Part shown: positions 41,959-51,094 of the stretch, piece by piece | How the letters are laid out: every line of letters starts with the position of its first letter | Position numbering within the stretch: the first letter of the stretch is position 1 | Assembly: GCA_902778895.1 (NCBI GenBank) | Contig: CACYZF010000010.1 | Coordinates: forward strand, 174,482-238,481 | Reading direction: 5' to 3' | DNA from: an uncultured bacterium | GTDB taxonomy: Bacteria > Verrucomicrobiota > Lentisphaeria > Victivallales > UBA1829 | Length of the DNA stretch: 64,000 bases | Program-made: the position numbers and the translations under genes | Notes under the pieces: generated by a model | Database searches by the model: none | Seen by the model: only the letters and a program-made list of their open reading frames with translations | What the model was told of the DNA's origin: nothing

Positions 41959-42567
41959 TTAGAACCACGCGGAAAGAATCGCGCCCGCGGCGGCCGCACC
42001 GAGCAGGAGCGCAGTCGTCGGCAGCTTCGTTTTCAGCATCAGCACGACCGTGACGCCGCAGATCAGGATGCCCGCCGGGGAGAACGTGAAGCCTTCGGGC
42101 AGGACGGGGCGTTCGAGCTTGAACAGCGCGCCGAATGACTCCCACGGGATCGTCTGCGTAAAGACCGACATCCCGAGGAAGATTGTCACGGCGAACATGA
42201 TCAGCGCCACAGCAGCGAGGCGCGTCCCCTTCAGCATGCCTTTCACGAGGAACGTTTCCTTCCAGCGGTTGATACCCGCCGCCGCGGAGCACCCGATCAG
42301 GATCGTCGGCACGATCAGCCCCAGCGACGCCGCCAGCGCCCCGAAGAATCCTTCGTTCACATATCCGACGTACGTCGCGGTGTTCAGGCCGACCGGCCCG
42401 GGCGTAACCTGCGCAACGGAGCACAGATTGCCGAATTCGCTCATCGTGAGCACCTGTTCCTTGTCGACGTACTCCGCCGTAAGCAGCGGAATCAGCATGT
42501 AGCCGCCGCCGAAACACAGCACGGAAAATTTGCAGAACTGGAGGAAGAGGACGATGCAGTGGTTCAT
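41959..42567 (-). CDS. chrA: Short-chain chromate transporter (CHR), second subunit
   Basis: FGGGYMLIP, AQVTPGPVGLNTATYVGY. Confidence 0.9.
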   Translation of the reverse strand: MNHCIVLFLQFCKFSVLCFGGGYMLIPLLTAEYVDKEQVLTMSEFGNLCSVAQVTPGPVGLNTATYVGYVNEGFFGALAASLGLIVPTILIGCSAAAGINRWKETFLVKGMLKGTRLAAVALIMFAVTIFLGMSVFTQTIPWESFGALFKLERPVLPEGFTFSPAGILICGVTVVLMLKTKLPTTALLLGAAAAGAILSAWF

Positions 42568-43211
42568 TTGCCGCCCTCCTCATGTTCAGGAATATTCGAG
42601 GTCGTTTCCGAGTTTTTTGAAGCGTCCGCGGCCTGTTCCGCCTGCGCCAGACGGCGCGTCTGCCACCACACGTAGCACCAGCCGAACGGAATCGCGGCGA
42701 GGATCAGCAATGCGGGGCTCACCTTCATGATCGCGAGCACGAAGAAGACGAACACCACGGCGTATTCCAGCCTCGTCTTCACGGTCCGGCGGAACATCCG
42801 GCATCCGGTGACGAGGATCATGCCGGTCACGGCCGCGCGGATCCCGGCGAACACGCCGAGCAGATAGCGGTTTTTCGGGTCCAAATGGGGGAAGAACGAC
42901 GCGATGATGAGGATGACCGTGAAGGGCGGCGTGACGGCTCCCGCGGCGGCGGCGATCGCGCCCGGCACGCCGGCGATCTTCATGCCGATGTACACGGCGG
43001 AATTGATCGCGATAATGCCGGGGACCGTCTGCGTGAGCGCGGTCATATCCAGCAGTTCCTCGCGCGTCAGGAGTTTGTATTTGTTAACGAATATCTCCTC
43101 GATGACGGGCAGCATGGCGAGGCCGCCGCCGACCACGAGCGCGGTGATGCGGAAAAACGAGCAGTAGAGCAGCAGGAGACGTCTGGCCCTGGACAGCGTC
43201 TGTATCTCCAT
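42564..43211 (-). CDS. chrA: Short-chain chromate transporter (CHR), first subunit
   Basis: VGGGLAMLP, TQTVPGIIAINSAVYIG; ATGA overlap with partner. Confidence 0.9.
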   Translation of the reverse strand: MEIQTLSRARRLLLLYCSFFRITALVVGGGLAMLPVIEEIFVNKYKLLTREELLDMTALTQTVPGIIAINSAVYIGMKIAGVPGAIAAAAGAVTPPFTVILIIASFFPHLDPKNRYLLGVFAGIRAAVTGMILVTGCRMFRRTVKTRLEYAVVFVFFVLAIMKVSPALLILAAIPFGWCYVWWQTRRLAQAEQAADASKNSETTSNIPEHEEGGK

Positions 43212-43230
43212 GCCTGCCCCCTCCCCCGCC

Positions 43231-44016
43231 TCAGAGCTTCACGCCGAACAGGCGTTCCGCGTTCTTATAGAAGATCTTCTCGAACTGGTCTTCCGTCAGG
43301 TCCAGCGTGCGCGCCTCGGCGATGCCGTCGCGGTGGGACAGCGCGGGATAGTCCGTTGCCCAGAGCACGCGGTCGACGCCGTGCGCCAGGATCATGCGCT
43401 TCACCTCGTGCGGCGGGAGCTTGAAGAACGTGCTGGAGGTATCGAACCAGACGTCGCGACCGACGAGGTGCTTCCAGGACTCGTCCCACACGCTGTAGCC
43501 GCCCATGTGCGCCGCGATGATGTTCTTGAGGTGCGGGAAATGGTCCATCATGTTCGCGAGGCGTTTCGGCGAGGAATAATCGCTCTTGGCGTCGCCGACG
43601 TGGAACAGGATCGGCATGTCCGGCGGGATCAGCTCGTACAGGCGCATCATGCGCGGTTCGTCGATGTAGAGCTTCTGGAAATCCGGATGGAATTTCAGTC
43701 CGGTGAGCCCGATCTCCTTCATGCGCGCGAGCTCACCCTTGAGGTCCGCGTAGTCAGGGTGGAGCGAGCCGAGGCAGATGACCTTCGGACCGAGTAGCGA
43801 CGCGAGGTAGTTGTTGAGGTTCCGCACCTGGTCGGGACGCGTGGCGGAGGCGAGGAACACCGCCTTGTCGATATGGGCGTCCTCCAGCGATTCGTGCAGA
43901 TCGGCGACCGTGCCGGTCCTGCGCCAGGGTTCGTGATAGTACGATTCGAGGGAAGCGACGACCTTCGGGGCGACGCTGTCGGGGAACACATGGCAATGGA
44001 CGTCGAAGTATTTCAC
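43231..44016 (-). CDS. Amidohydrolase family (Amidohydro_2) metal-dependent hydrolase
   Basis: DVHCH, GLKFHPDFQ, LFHVG, AAHMGG, WFDTS, LWATDYP. Confidence 0.9.
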   Translation of the reverse strand: MKYFDVHCHVFPDSVAPKVVASLESYYHEPWRRTGTVADLHESLEDAHIDKAVFLASATRPDQVRNLNNYLASLLGPKVICLGSLHPDYADLKGELARMKEIGLTGLKFHPDFQKLYIDEPRMMRLYELIPPDMPILFHVGDAKSDYSSPKRLANMMDHFPHLKNIIAAHMGGYSVWDESWKHLVGRDVWFDTSSTFFKLPPHEVKRMILAHGVDRVLWATDYPALSHRDGIAEARTLDLTEDQFEKIFYKNAERLFGVKL

Positions 44017-44051
44017 GGCACTCTCCAGGACAAGGCATCCGGATACAAAAA

Positions 44052-44127
44052 TGGCATCCCCAACGGGATTCGAACCCGTGTTACCAGGATGAAAACCTGG
44101 TGTCCTAGGCCTCTAGACGATAGGGAC
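44052..44127 (-). tRNA. tRNA-Glu (anticodon TTC)
   Basis: GTCCCTATCGTCTAGAGGCCTAGGACACCAGGTTTTCATCCTGGTAACACGGGTTCGAATCCCGTTGGGGATGCCA; cloverleaf, TTC anticodon, encoded CCA. Confidence 0.97.
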
Positions 44128-44218
44128 GCACGCTTAGAAAAAAAGTATGTATTTAAAATAGCATGCCGAACGGATTTTTCAAGCGGGAAACGCGTTTTTT
44201 TCCGATTTTTCCGGTTTT

Positions 44219-44794
44219 TCACGCGGGATTGTTCGTTTCCGCTTCGTGATGATGCTTCGCCTGGACGCGTGTTCTGAGCATGGCGAGGCGTTTTTTGCGG
44301 CGTTTTTCCGCACGGATGCGGTAGGCGACGACCATCCTCTTAACAACGATATAGGTAATCGGAGTCAGGACGGCGGCCATGATCGCGCCGCCGACGAAGA
44401 ATGCGATCGTCAGGTCGCCCGCAAGACTCTTTGCAGCATCAACGAACTCGGAAAAGTCCGACGCATGCACAATCTCCTTGAGTTTTTCCTTGATGTCCCC
44501 GTAGGAAAGATCGAGTCCGATCAGCTTCGCGCCTGCATAGCACTGCACGGGATAGATGAAGAACACCGTGATCTGGTTCGTGATGAACGTGCCGAGAACG
44601 GCGCCGATCTTGCTGCCCTTCAGCAGGAAGGCCGCCGGAATGGAGCAAACGAGCTGGCCGCCGATGGGGATGAGGCAACCGAAGAACATGCCGATGCTCC
44701 AGCCGCGCGCGATGTACTCGGGCGATGCCTTTTCGCGGACGATCTTCAGATAGAATTTCCTCCACTTCTTTTTGAACCACTGACCGGTGCTCAT
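44219..44794 (-). CDS. DUF2062 family membrane protein
   Basis: SPEYIARGWSIGMFFGCLIP, GTFITNQIT..FIY pattern. Confidence 0.82.
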   Translation of the reverse strand: MSTGQWFKKKWRKFYLKIVREKASPEYIARGWSIGMFFGCLIPIGGQLVCSIPAAFLLKGSKIGAVLGTFITNQITVFFIYPVQCYAGAKLIGLDLSYGDIKEKLKEIVHASDFSEFVDAAKSLAGDLTIAFFVGGAIMAAVLTPITYIVVKRMVVAYRIRAEKRRKKRLAMLRTRVQAKHHHEAETNNPA

Positions 44795-44816
44795 CCCGAA
44801 ACCATCCTTCTCCGAA

Positions 44817-47399
44817 TCAAATATTGATATAGAACTTCCGCATTTCGGGGGCGCGCTGGGCGATATTGACGAGGTGGTCGCCGATGCGCTCAAGCTCCCA
44901 GAGCATTTCGATGAAGATCACGCTGGCGTCGACGGCGCATTCGCCCTTGTTGCGGCGTTCCACATGGACCTGCTCGTACTGCTTGGCGAGCTCGTTGATC
45001 TCACGTTCGTTGGCCTCGGCGTCGCTGGCGACGTGCGCGGCCTCCTGCTGCTGTTCGCGGGCCTGTTCGGCCATCATGGCCTTGATGTTCTTTTCGTATT
45101 TATGCGCGAGCTTGTTCAGCTTGCGTTCGCCCTCGATCGCGGACCGGATGCCCGCCTCGTTTTCCTCGTTTTTGTGCGAAAGCGCGAGTTTGACGTTCTC
45201 CGCCTGCGAAGAAAGGAGTTCCCAGAGGGAATTGAGGTTGTCCTGCGCGACGTCGGAAAGCTTGGTGTCGACCTTGGAGAGACGCTTCGTGAGGCGCATG
45301 ATGTTCGCCGTATGGTCGGCGATGCGTTCGGCGTCGTTGGTGCAGTGCATGAGCAGCGGGATCAGGTTGGACTGAGGATTGGAGAGGTGCTGCCGCGTGA
45401 TCTGCACGAGGTAGTTCGTGATGTCGGACTGCATCTTGTCGACCTGCTGTTCGTCGGCCTCCAGCTGTTCGAACTCGGTCTCGTCGACATGCGCCGCGCG
45501 GAAATGATGGTTGACCGCGCGGTCGATCATGCTCCAGGAGAGTTCGACCATCTTGCGGATCTCGATGATGGACTGTTCGATAGCCATGGCGGGCGTGCGG
45601 AGGAGCAGAGGTTCGAGCGTGCGCGTGCTGACCGGCTTGGTCTTGTCGCCGGGGATGATCGTTTCGCAGAGGTGCGCGAACGGCTTCAGCATGGGCATGA
45701 TGGCGAGGACCGTAAGAACGTTGAAGATCGTGTGCGCCATGGCGATGTGGCGTTCCAGATTCTGCGGCACGGCGGCGAACGCGTCACCCGGCGTGATGGC
45801 GTTCACGATGTACAGGAAGAAAGGCGTTCTACCCTCGCCGACGGGGATATAAAGCAGCACGACCATCAGGACCGCGCCGAAGAAGTTGAAGAGGAAGTGC
45901 GCGAGCGCGGCCTGTTTCGCCACGCGGTTGGCCGTGATTGAGGCCAAGCAGGCGTTGATCGTGGTGCCGATGTTCGTGCCGATCAGGAGCGGGACGGCGG
46001 TGTAGAAATTGACGAGCCCGGCGGCGGACAGCGCCAGGATAATGCCGATGACCGCGGCGCTGGCGCTGACCAGGAACACGGCGACCATGCCGATGCCGAT
46101 CGCGCCGAGGATCGGCAAGAGCGGCATGAACCCGTCGGGCGTCTTCGGCGCGCAGTCGATCAGGGAGAAGAGATGGAGGAAGGACGGGAACGTGCCGAGG
46201 ATGCTCATCTGTGTGCTCATCATGCTCATGCCGAAGAAGAGCATGCCGAACCCGAAGACCGCGTTGCCCCAGCCCTGCAGGTTGCGTTTCTTGGTGAACG
46301 TCATCAGGACGAAGCCGATCGCGATGGCAGGCAGAGACAGGCCGCTGAGATTGAACGAGATCAGCTGCGCGGTCATGGTCGTGCCGATGTTCGCGCCGAA
46401 GATAATGCCGATGGCCTGAACCAGATTCAGCAGACCGGCGTTGATGAAGCCGAGAACCATGATGGTCGTGGCGGCGCTGGACTGGATGACCGCTGTGACG
46501 AATGCGCCGGCGATCACGCCCAGGACCGAATTCTTCGAGAAGAACTGGAGCACCTGCTGCATCTTCTCGCCCGCGATGTTCTGGAGGCCGCGGCTCAGGC
46601 GCAGCATGCCGAAGATCAGGAACGCGATGCCGCCGACCATGCTCATGCAGACGGAGAACATGTCGATGCCAAGCATGCGTGCGTCAAGCGCACGGATGTA
46701 GATGTTGTGCGCCGGGTCCGCGACTTCGATCGAGAAATGATATTCGCCGGTCTCGCCGCCGAGGCGGACGAACGTCTGCGCCAAACCGTTTTTATTGGTC
46801 CTGGCTTCGGGCGTGAGGACCATGGGCTGGGATTTGCTGCGCGGAGCGGACTTGACGCTGAAATAGACGGGAGCGTTCTCGACGGGATTGCCGTCCGCGT
46901 CGACGACCTTGATCACGAGCGGTTCGCCCATGACCTCGTTCGTCACTCCCTGCCGTTCGGCGTTTTCGATCTTCGCGCCGACGATCATGCGGACCCGGAC
47001 GAATTTGTCCGGATCGTTCAGCGGCGTAATCCTAACGTAGTTGTCGCCGACTTTGTGGCCGGCCCGGATCTTCGCGCGGACCACGCCGACGACGTCGGTC
47101 TCCTCCGAAATTTGCATGATCTCAAGATCGGACCCTTCGTCAGGTTCGAACTTCACCGGTTCCCCGGCAAGAAGGCGCTGTTTGCCCGAACCGGAGGAAT
47201 CATCGTCCGTCACCCCGCGCACTTCAACTCGCACATCCCGCTCGAATTCCTCTCCGGGAATGGTGCTTTGGTCGGTGCCGTAGACAACGTCGAGACGGCC
47301 GATCTTGTGAGAACCTTCGGATGAGCCGTCGCACGCGGAGAAAACCGCAATCAGAACACACGACAGCAGAAGCGAAACGATACCGGATGCAAATCTCAT
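44817..47399 (-). CDS. Na+/Pi cotransporter (PNaS) with PhoU-like C-terminus and N-terminal lipoprotein/Ig-like extension
   Basis: TAVIQSSAATT, GANIGTT, GTNIGTT, DAERIADH, LERIGDH; N-terminal FSAC lipobox and VVDADGNPVENAPVYF..RTNKNGLA. Confidence 0.9.
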   Translation of the reverse strand: MRFASGIVSLLLSCVLIAVFSACDGSSEGSHKIGRLDVVYGTDQSTIPGEEFERDVRVEVRGVTDDDSSGSGKQRLLAGEPVKFEPDEGSDLEIMQISEETDVVGVVRAKIRAGHKVGDNYVRITPLNDPDKFVRVRMIVGAKIENAERQGVTNEVMGEPLVIKVVDADGNPVENAPVYFSVKSAPRSKSQPMVLTPEARTNKNGLAQTFVRLGGETGEYHFSIEVADPAHNIYIRALDARMLGIDMFSVCMSMVGGIAFLIFGMLRLSRGLQNIAGEKMQQVLQFFSKNSVLGVIAGAFVTAVIQSSAATTIMVLGFINAGLLNLVQAIGIIFGANIGTTMTAQLISFNLSGLSLPAIAIGFVLMTFTKKRNLQGWGNAVFGFGMLFFGMSMMSTQMSILGTFPSFLHLFSLIDCAPKTPDGFMPLLPILGAIGIGMVAVFLVSASAAVIGIILALSAAGLVNFYTAVPLLIGTNIGTTINACLASITANRVAKQAALAHFLFNFFGAVLMVVLLYIPVGEGRTPFFLYIVNAITPGDAFAAVPQNLERHIAMAHTIFNVLTVLAIMPMLKPFAHLCETIIPGDKTKPVSTRTLEPLLLRTPAMAIEQSIIEIRKMVELSWSMIDRAVNHHFRAAHVDETEFEQLEADEQQVDKMQSDITNYLVQITRQHLSNPQSNLIPLLMHCTNDAERIADHTANIMRLTKRLSKVDTKLSDVAQDNLNSLWELLSSQAENVKLALSHKNEENEAGIRSAIEGERKLNKLAHKYEKNIKAMMAEQAREQQQEAAHVASDAEANEREINELAKQYEQVHVERRNKGECAVDASVIFIEMLWELERIGDHLVNIAQRAPEMRKFYINI

Positions 47400-47653
47400 A
47401 TAGGACCTTCAGCTGGATTGAATTTTCAAATAATATAACACTCTTTATGGCAAAAATCAAGTATCGACTTGAAAATGGAAGATAGAAGTATTATATTATT
47501 TTTGATTATGGTTCTTCCGTCCGGCACAGCTCAGTTTCCGAACGGGACAGAAGAACCGTATTCACCCGCCTGTCAGAGAGGCCGTTTTGAAAACGTCCGT
47601 TTGTGAACACGCGGGAACAAAAACTCTTTCGCAGCAAAGGAAATGTCCGTGTT

Positions 47654-49732
47654 ATGGGAACACTGAAAAATTTATTGGCCAATATCATCTATCCGCTGGC
47701 GGCGTTCGCCGTCTCCCTGATCCTGACCCGCATCTGCATCGCAGTGCTGCCGCACATGGGTTACATGGATATCCCGAAAGGCAGACATATTCACAAGAAA
47801 CCTGTTCCGCGCGCGGGCGGCATCGGATTCATCATTGCATTCTGGTTCTCCATCATGCTCTATGCGACGAAGCTCTGCGGCGGAGACTTTTCGAAACTTG
47901 CGGACCAGAACGTCGGCCAGTTCCTCATCGCGATGGCGGGCCCATCCGTCATCCTCTTCTTCACCGGGCTATACGACGACCGGTTCAACATGCCGAGCGT
48001 GATCAAGCTCATGCTCCACATTGCAGCGGGCGTCACGCTGTATTTTCTGGGCGGCGGCATCCGCTCGATCTTCGATTACACGCTTCCCTGGTATTTCTCG
48101 CTGGCCGTAACGGTCTGCTGGACGATCGGCATCGTGAACGCATTCAACCTGATCGACGGTCTGGACGGTCTCGCCGCCGGTCTGGCGTCCATTTCCTCCA
48201 TCTGCATCGCCGTATGGATCCTGATCAGCGGCGGAAATCTGCCCATGGTGATCCTGCTCTTCACATTCTGCGGAGCCTGCCTCGGCTTCCTGGTGTTCAA
48301 CTTCTCCCCGGCGCGCATTTTCATGGGCGACACGGGCAGCATGTTCCTCGGCCTTTTCTTCGCCATGACAAGCATGGACCAGTGTTCGCGTCCCGCCGTC
48401 ACGGTCGCTGCACTGCTGGTCCCGCTGGTCGCCATCGGCGTACCGATCTTCGACGTAATCCTGGCGATCTGGCGTCGCAGCGTAAGACGGTTCGGGATTC
48501 ACATGCTGAAGGAAAACCTCGACGACGCCGAAGCGGTGACCGAACTGGAACACGGCATCGACGCCACCGGCCGGATCGAGATCAAATCCGTGATCCAAAA
48601 CGAGAACGGCGTGATGGACGCCGATCAGGACCATCTGCACCACAGACTCCTGCGCGAATCCCATAACAAAACCAGCCGCGCCGTCCTGCTGATGTATGCG
48701 ATCTCGGTCATCTTCTCGCTCGGGGCCATCGCGCTGACGTTCATCGGACGGAGCATGCCCGCGCTCGCGTTCCTGCTTGTCATCATCGGCGTGTTCTTTA
48801 CGCTCCGCCTCGCGAACATCGAACTCCTGGCCTCCATGAGCGTGGTGACACAGGGGGTCCGGTTCCCGAGAAAATCATTTGTCCTCACCGCCGCGCATCC
48901 GCTGATCGACTTTTTCATGGTGGCGGCCTCGTTTTTCCTGATTTATGCGCTCCTGCAAAAGCCGGTCCGGGCGACCTACAACATCTACATATTCCTGATC
49001 CTGGTCGTGCCGTACTTCCTGGTCCTCATCTTCTCCGGCATCTACCGCACGTACTGGCTCCGCGCAGGCATCGACCGCTATTTCCGTCTGATAAAACTCC
49101 TTGTCCTGGCCGCGTGCATCTCCTTCATCCTCCTGAATATCTTTGCCATGAAGGGCTGGGTTCTCGGAGGCATCTCGAAGCGCATGGTGATGATCATTTT
49201 CCTGCTTCAGACATCTTTCACGTTCGCTTCCATCATCGCCGAGCGGTTCCTGCTTCACTTCTTCGAATCTTTCGCCATCAGGTCCTACTACCTGAAAAAC
49301 TCGCCGGAAGCCAGCCAGCACAACACCATTATCTACGGCGGCGGTCTGGGCTGCCGCATGTACATCAACAACCTGTACAGCAGCCGCCACCTCTCCTGCC
49401 CGTTCCACATCCTCGGCATCGTGGACGAGGATCCGTCGCTCCAGAAACTGAACGTCTACGGATTCCGCGTGCTCGGCACCAGCGACGATCTGGAGGACCT
49501 GTACAAGAAGAAACCCTTCGATACCATCGTGCTCACTACGGTGAACATCACCGAAAAATCCATCGACAGGGTTCGCGCGTTCGCCCGTGCTCACAACGTC
49601 CGGGTAACGATGTTCCTGTCGCAGGAATACCCTGCCGATCTGGATTTCTTCAACATACTGCAGAGCAAGGCGATCAATCCTATCGAGAAGGATGAACCGG
49701 AGGATCAGGAAGATCCCGGACTCGGATTATGA
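47654..49732 (+). CDS. WecA/MraY-family (GT4) polyprenyl-phosphate HexNAc-1-P transferase fused to a TM + Rossmann (CapD N-terminal-like) module
   Basis: RHIHKKPVPRAGG, GLYDD, NAFNLIDGLDGLA, FNFSPARIFMGDTGS, ADQDHLHHRL; C-terminal TIIYGGG..ILGIVDED..GFRVLG. Confidence 0.88.
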   Translation: MGTLKNLLANIIYPLAAFAVSLILTRICIAVLPHMGYMDIPKGRHIHKKPVPRAGGIGFIIAFWFSIMLYATKLCGGDFSKLADQNVGQFLIAMAGPSVILFFTGLYDDRFNMPSVIKLMLHIAAGVTLYFLGGGIRSIFDYTLPWYFSLAVTVCWTIGIVNAFNLIDGLDGLAAGLASISSICIAVWILISGGNLPMVILLFTFCGACLGFLVFNFSPARIFMGDTGSMFLGLFFAMTSMDQCSRPAVTVAALLVPLVAIGVPIFDVILAIWRRSVRRFGIHMLKENLDDAEAVTELEHGIDATGRIEIKSVIQNENGVMDADQDHLHHRLLRESHNKTSRAVLLMYAISVIFSLGAIALTFIGRSMPALAFLLVIIGVFFTLRLANIELLASMSVVTQGVRFPRKSFVLTAAHPLIDFFMVAASFFLIYALLQKPVRATYNIYIFLILVVPYFLVLIFSGIYRTYWLRAGIDRYFRLIKLLVLAACISFILLNIFAMKGWVLGGISKRMVMIIFLLQTSFTFASIIAERFLLHFFESFAIRSYYLKNSPEASQHNTIIYGGGLGCRMYINNLYSSRHLSCPFHILGIVDEDPSLQKLNVYGFRVLGTSDDLEDLYKKKPFDTIVLTTVNITEKSIDRVRAFARAHNVRVTMFLSQEYPADLDFFNILQSKAINPIEKDEPEDQEDPGLGL

Positions 49733-50904
49733 CGTTTCACGAAATCGGAGAGAACCTGGAGCAGTATTTCATTGAGATCATCCAGGAGAAACGCCGCGGA
49801 TCCTTCGACCGCGTCACCTACGGTTTTCTGTTCATGGCCTCGCGCTTCTACCGCCGCGCCGTCCAGTTCCGCCTGTGGCTCTACGAAAACCGCGTGATCC
49901 GCAACCACTCCATCGGCTGTCTGGTCGTCAGCATCGGCAACCTCACTTGCGGCGGCACGGGCAAGACCCCGGTCGTCGAGATCTTCGCAAAAACGCTGAG
50001 CCGGAAGGGCCGCCGCGTCGCCGTCCTGAGCCGAGGATACCGCAGCCGCGACAACCGCTCGTTCCTGGAAAAACTCCGCGGCAAATTCACCTCGCGCCGC
50101 ATGGTCATCCCGCCGCGCGTCGTCTCCGACGGCAACAACCTGCTCCTGAACTCGCTTTCCGCGGGCGACGAGCCGTACATGCTCGCGACGAACCTGAAGG
50201 ACGTGGTCGTGCTGGTCGACAAGGACCGCGTGAAATCCGGCCTCTACGCCATCGAGGAATACCACACCGACACGCTCATCCTCGACGACGGGTTCCAGTA
50301 CCTCGGCCTGCGTCCGCACCTGAACATCCTGCTCGTCGACTCCACCTGCCCCTTCGGAAACCATCACGTCCTCCCGCGCGGACTCCTCCGCGAGCCGATC
50401 AAGAACATCCGCCGCGCCGACTACATCTTCCTCACGAAATCCGACGCGTCGCCCCGTCTGCGCCACCTGAAGGATTTCATGCGCCGCCACAACCGCCACG
50501 CCGAAATCATCGAGTGCTGCCACCGCCCGAAATACCTGGAGGACGTGTTCGACCGCGGCGTCCGGTTCCCGCTCAATATGCTCAACGGACTGAAGATTGC
50601 CTCGCTCTCCGCCATCGCGAATCCCGCCAGCTTCAACGCATTCCTGACCCAGCACGGCGGCGAAATCGTGCTCGAACGCCATTTCGCCGACCATCACCGC
50701 TACAGCCAGCAGGAAATGATCGACTTCGTGAACAGCGCAAAGGCCGCCGGAGCCGAGTACATCCTCACCACGGAAAAGGACGCGGTCCGCATGCCGCGCC
50801 TCGACCGCCGCGACCTCCCGTTCCTCTTCCTCCGCATCGAGATTGACATCCTCAGCGGACAGGAAAACTTCGACCAGTGCATCACGCGCATCTGCTTCCT
50901 GTGA
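49729..50904 (+). CDS. lpxK: Tetraacyldisaccharide 4'-kinase
   Basis: VSIGNLTCGGTGKTP, LSRGY, GDEP, ILDDGFQ, LPRGLLREP, FADHH, TTEKDAV. Confidence 0.96.
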   Translation: MTFHEIGENLEQYFIEIIQEKRRGSFDRVTYGFLFMASRFYRRAVQFRLWLYENRVIRNHSIGCLVVSIGNLTCGGTGKTPVVEIFAKTLSRKGRRVAVLSRGYRSRDNRSFLEKLRGKFTSRRMVIPPRVVSDGNNLLLNSLSAGDEPYMLATNLKDVVVLVDKDRVKSGLYAIEEYHTDTLILDDGFQYLGLRPHLNILLVDSTCPFGNHHVLPRGLLREPIKNIRRADYIFLTKSDASPRLRHLKDFMRRHNRHAEIIECCHRPKYLEDVFDRGVRFPLNMLNGLKIASLSAIANPASFNAFLTQHGGEIVLERHFADHHRYSQQEMIDFVNSAKAAGAEYILTTEKDAVRMPRLDRRDLPFLFLRIEIDILSGQENFDQCITRICFL

Positions 50905-51094
50905 GGAGGCGGCAAGCACATCAAAAAAAGCTTCCGGCAACTGAAAAAAGCGGTTTCCTCCGATTTCTTTTCTATTTCTAAAAAGAAACTGCTTGATTTT
51001 TTAGAAAAAACCTTTATATTAAGTGTTTATCTTTTCACAATCGACATAAAAAGACACGCTAGAAAACGAAAAACAACTCCAGAAAGGATTTCGC

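Noticed and set aside
44052-44127. tRNA-Glu as an integration site
   Set aside because: No duplicate of its 3' end and no integrase seen; flanking genes have host-like composition.
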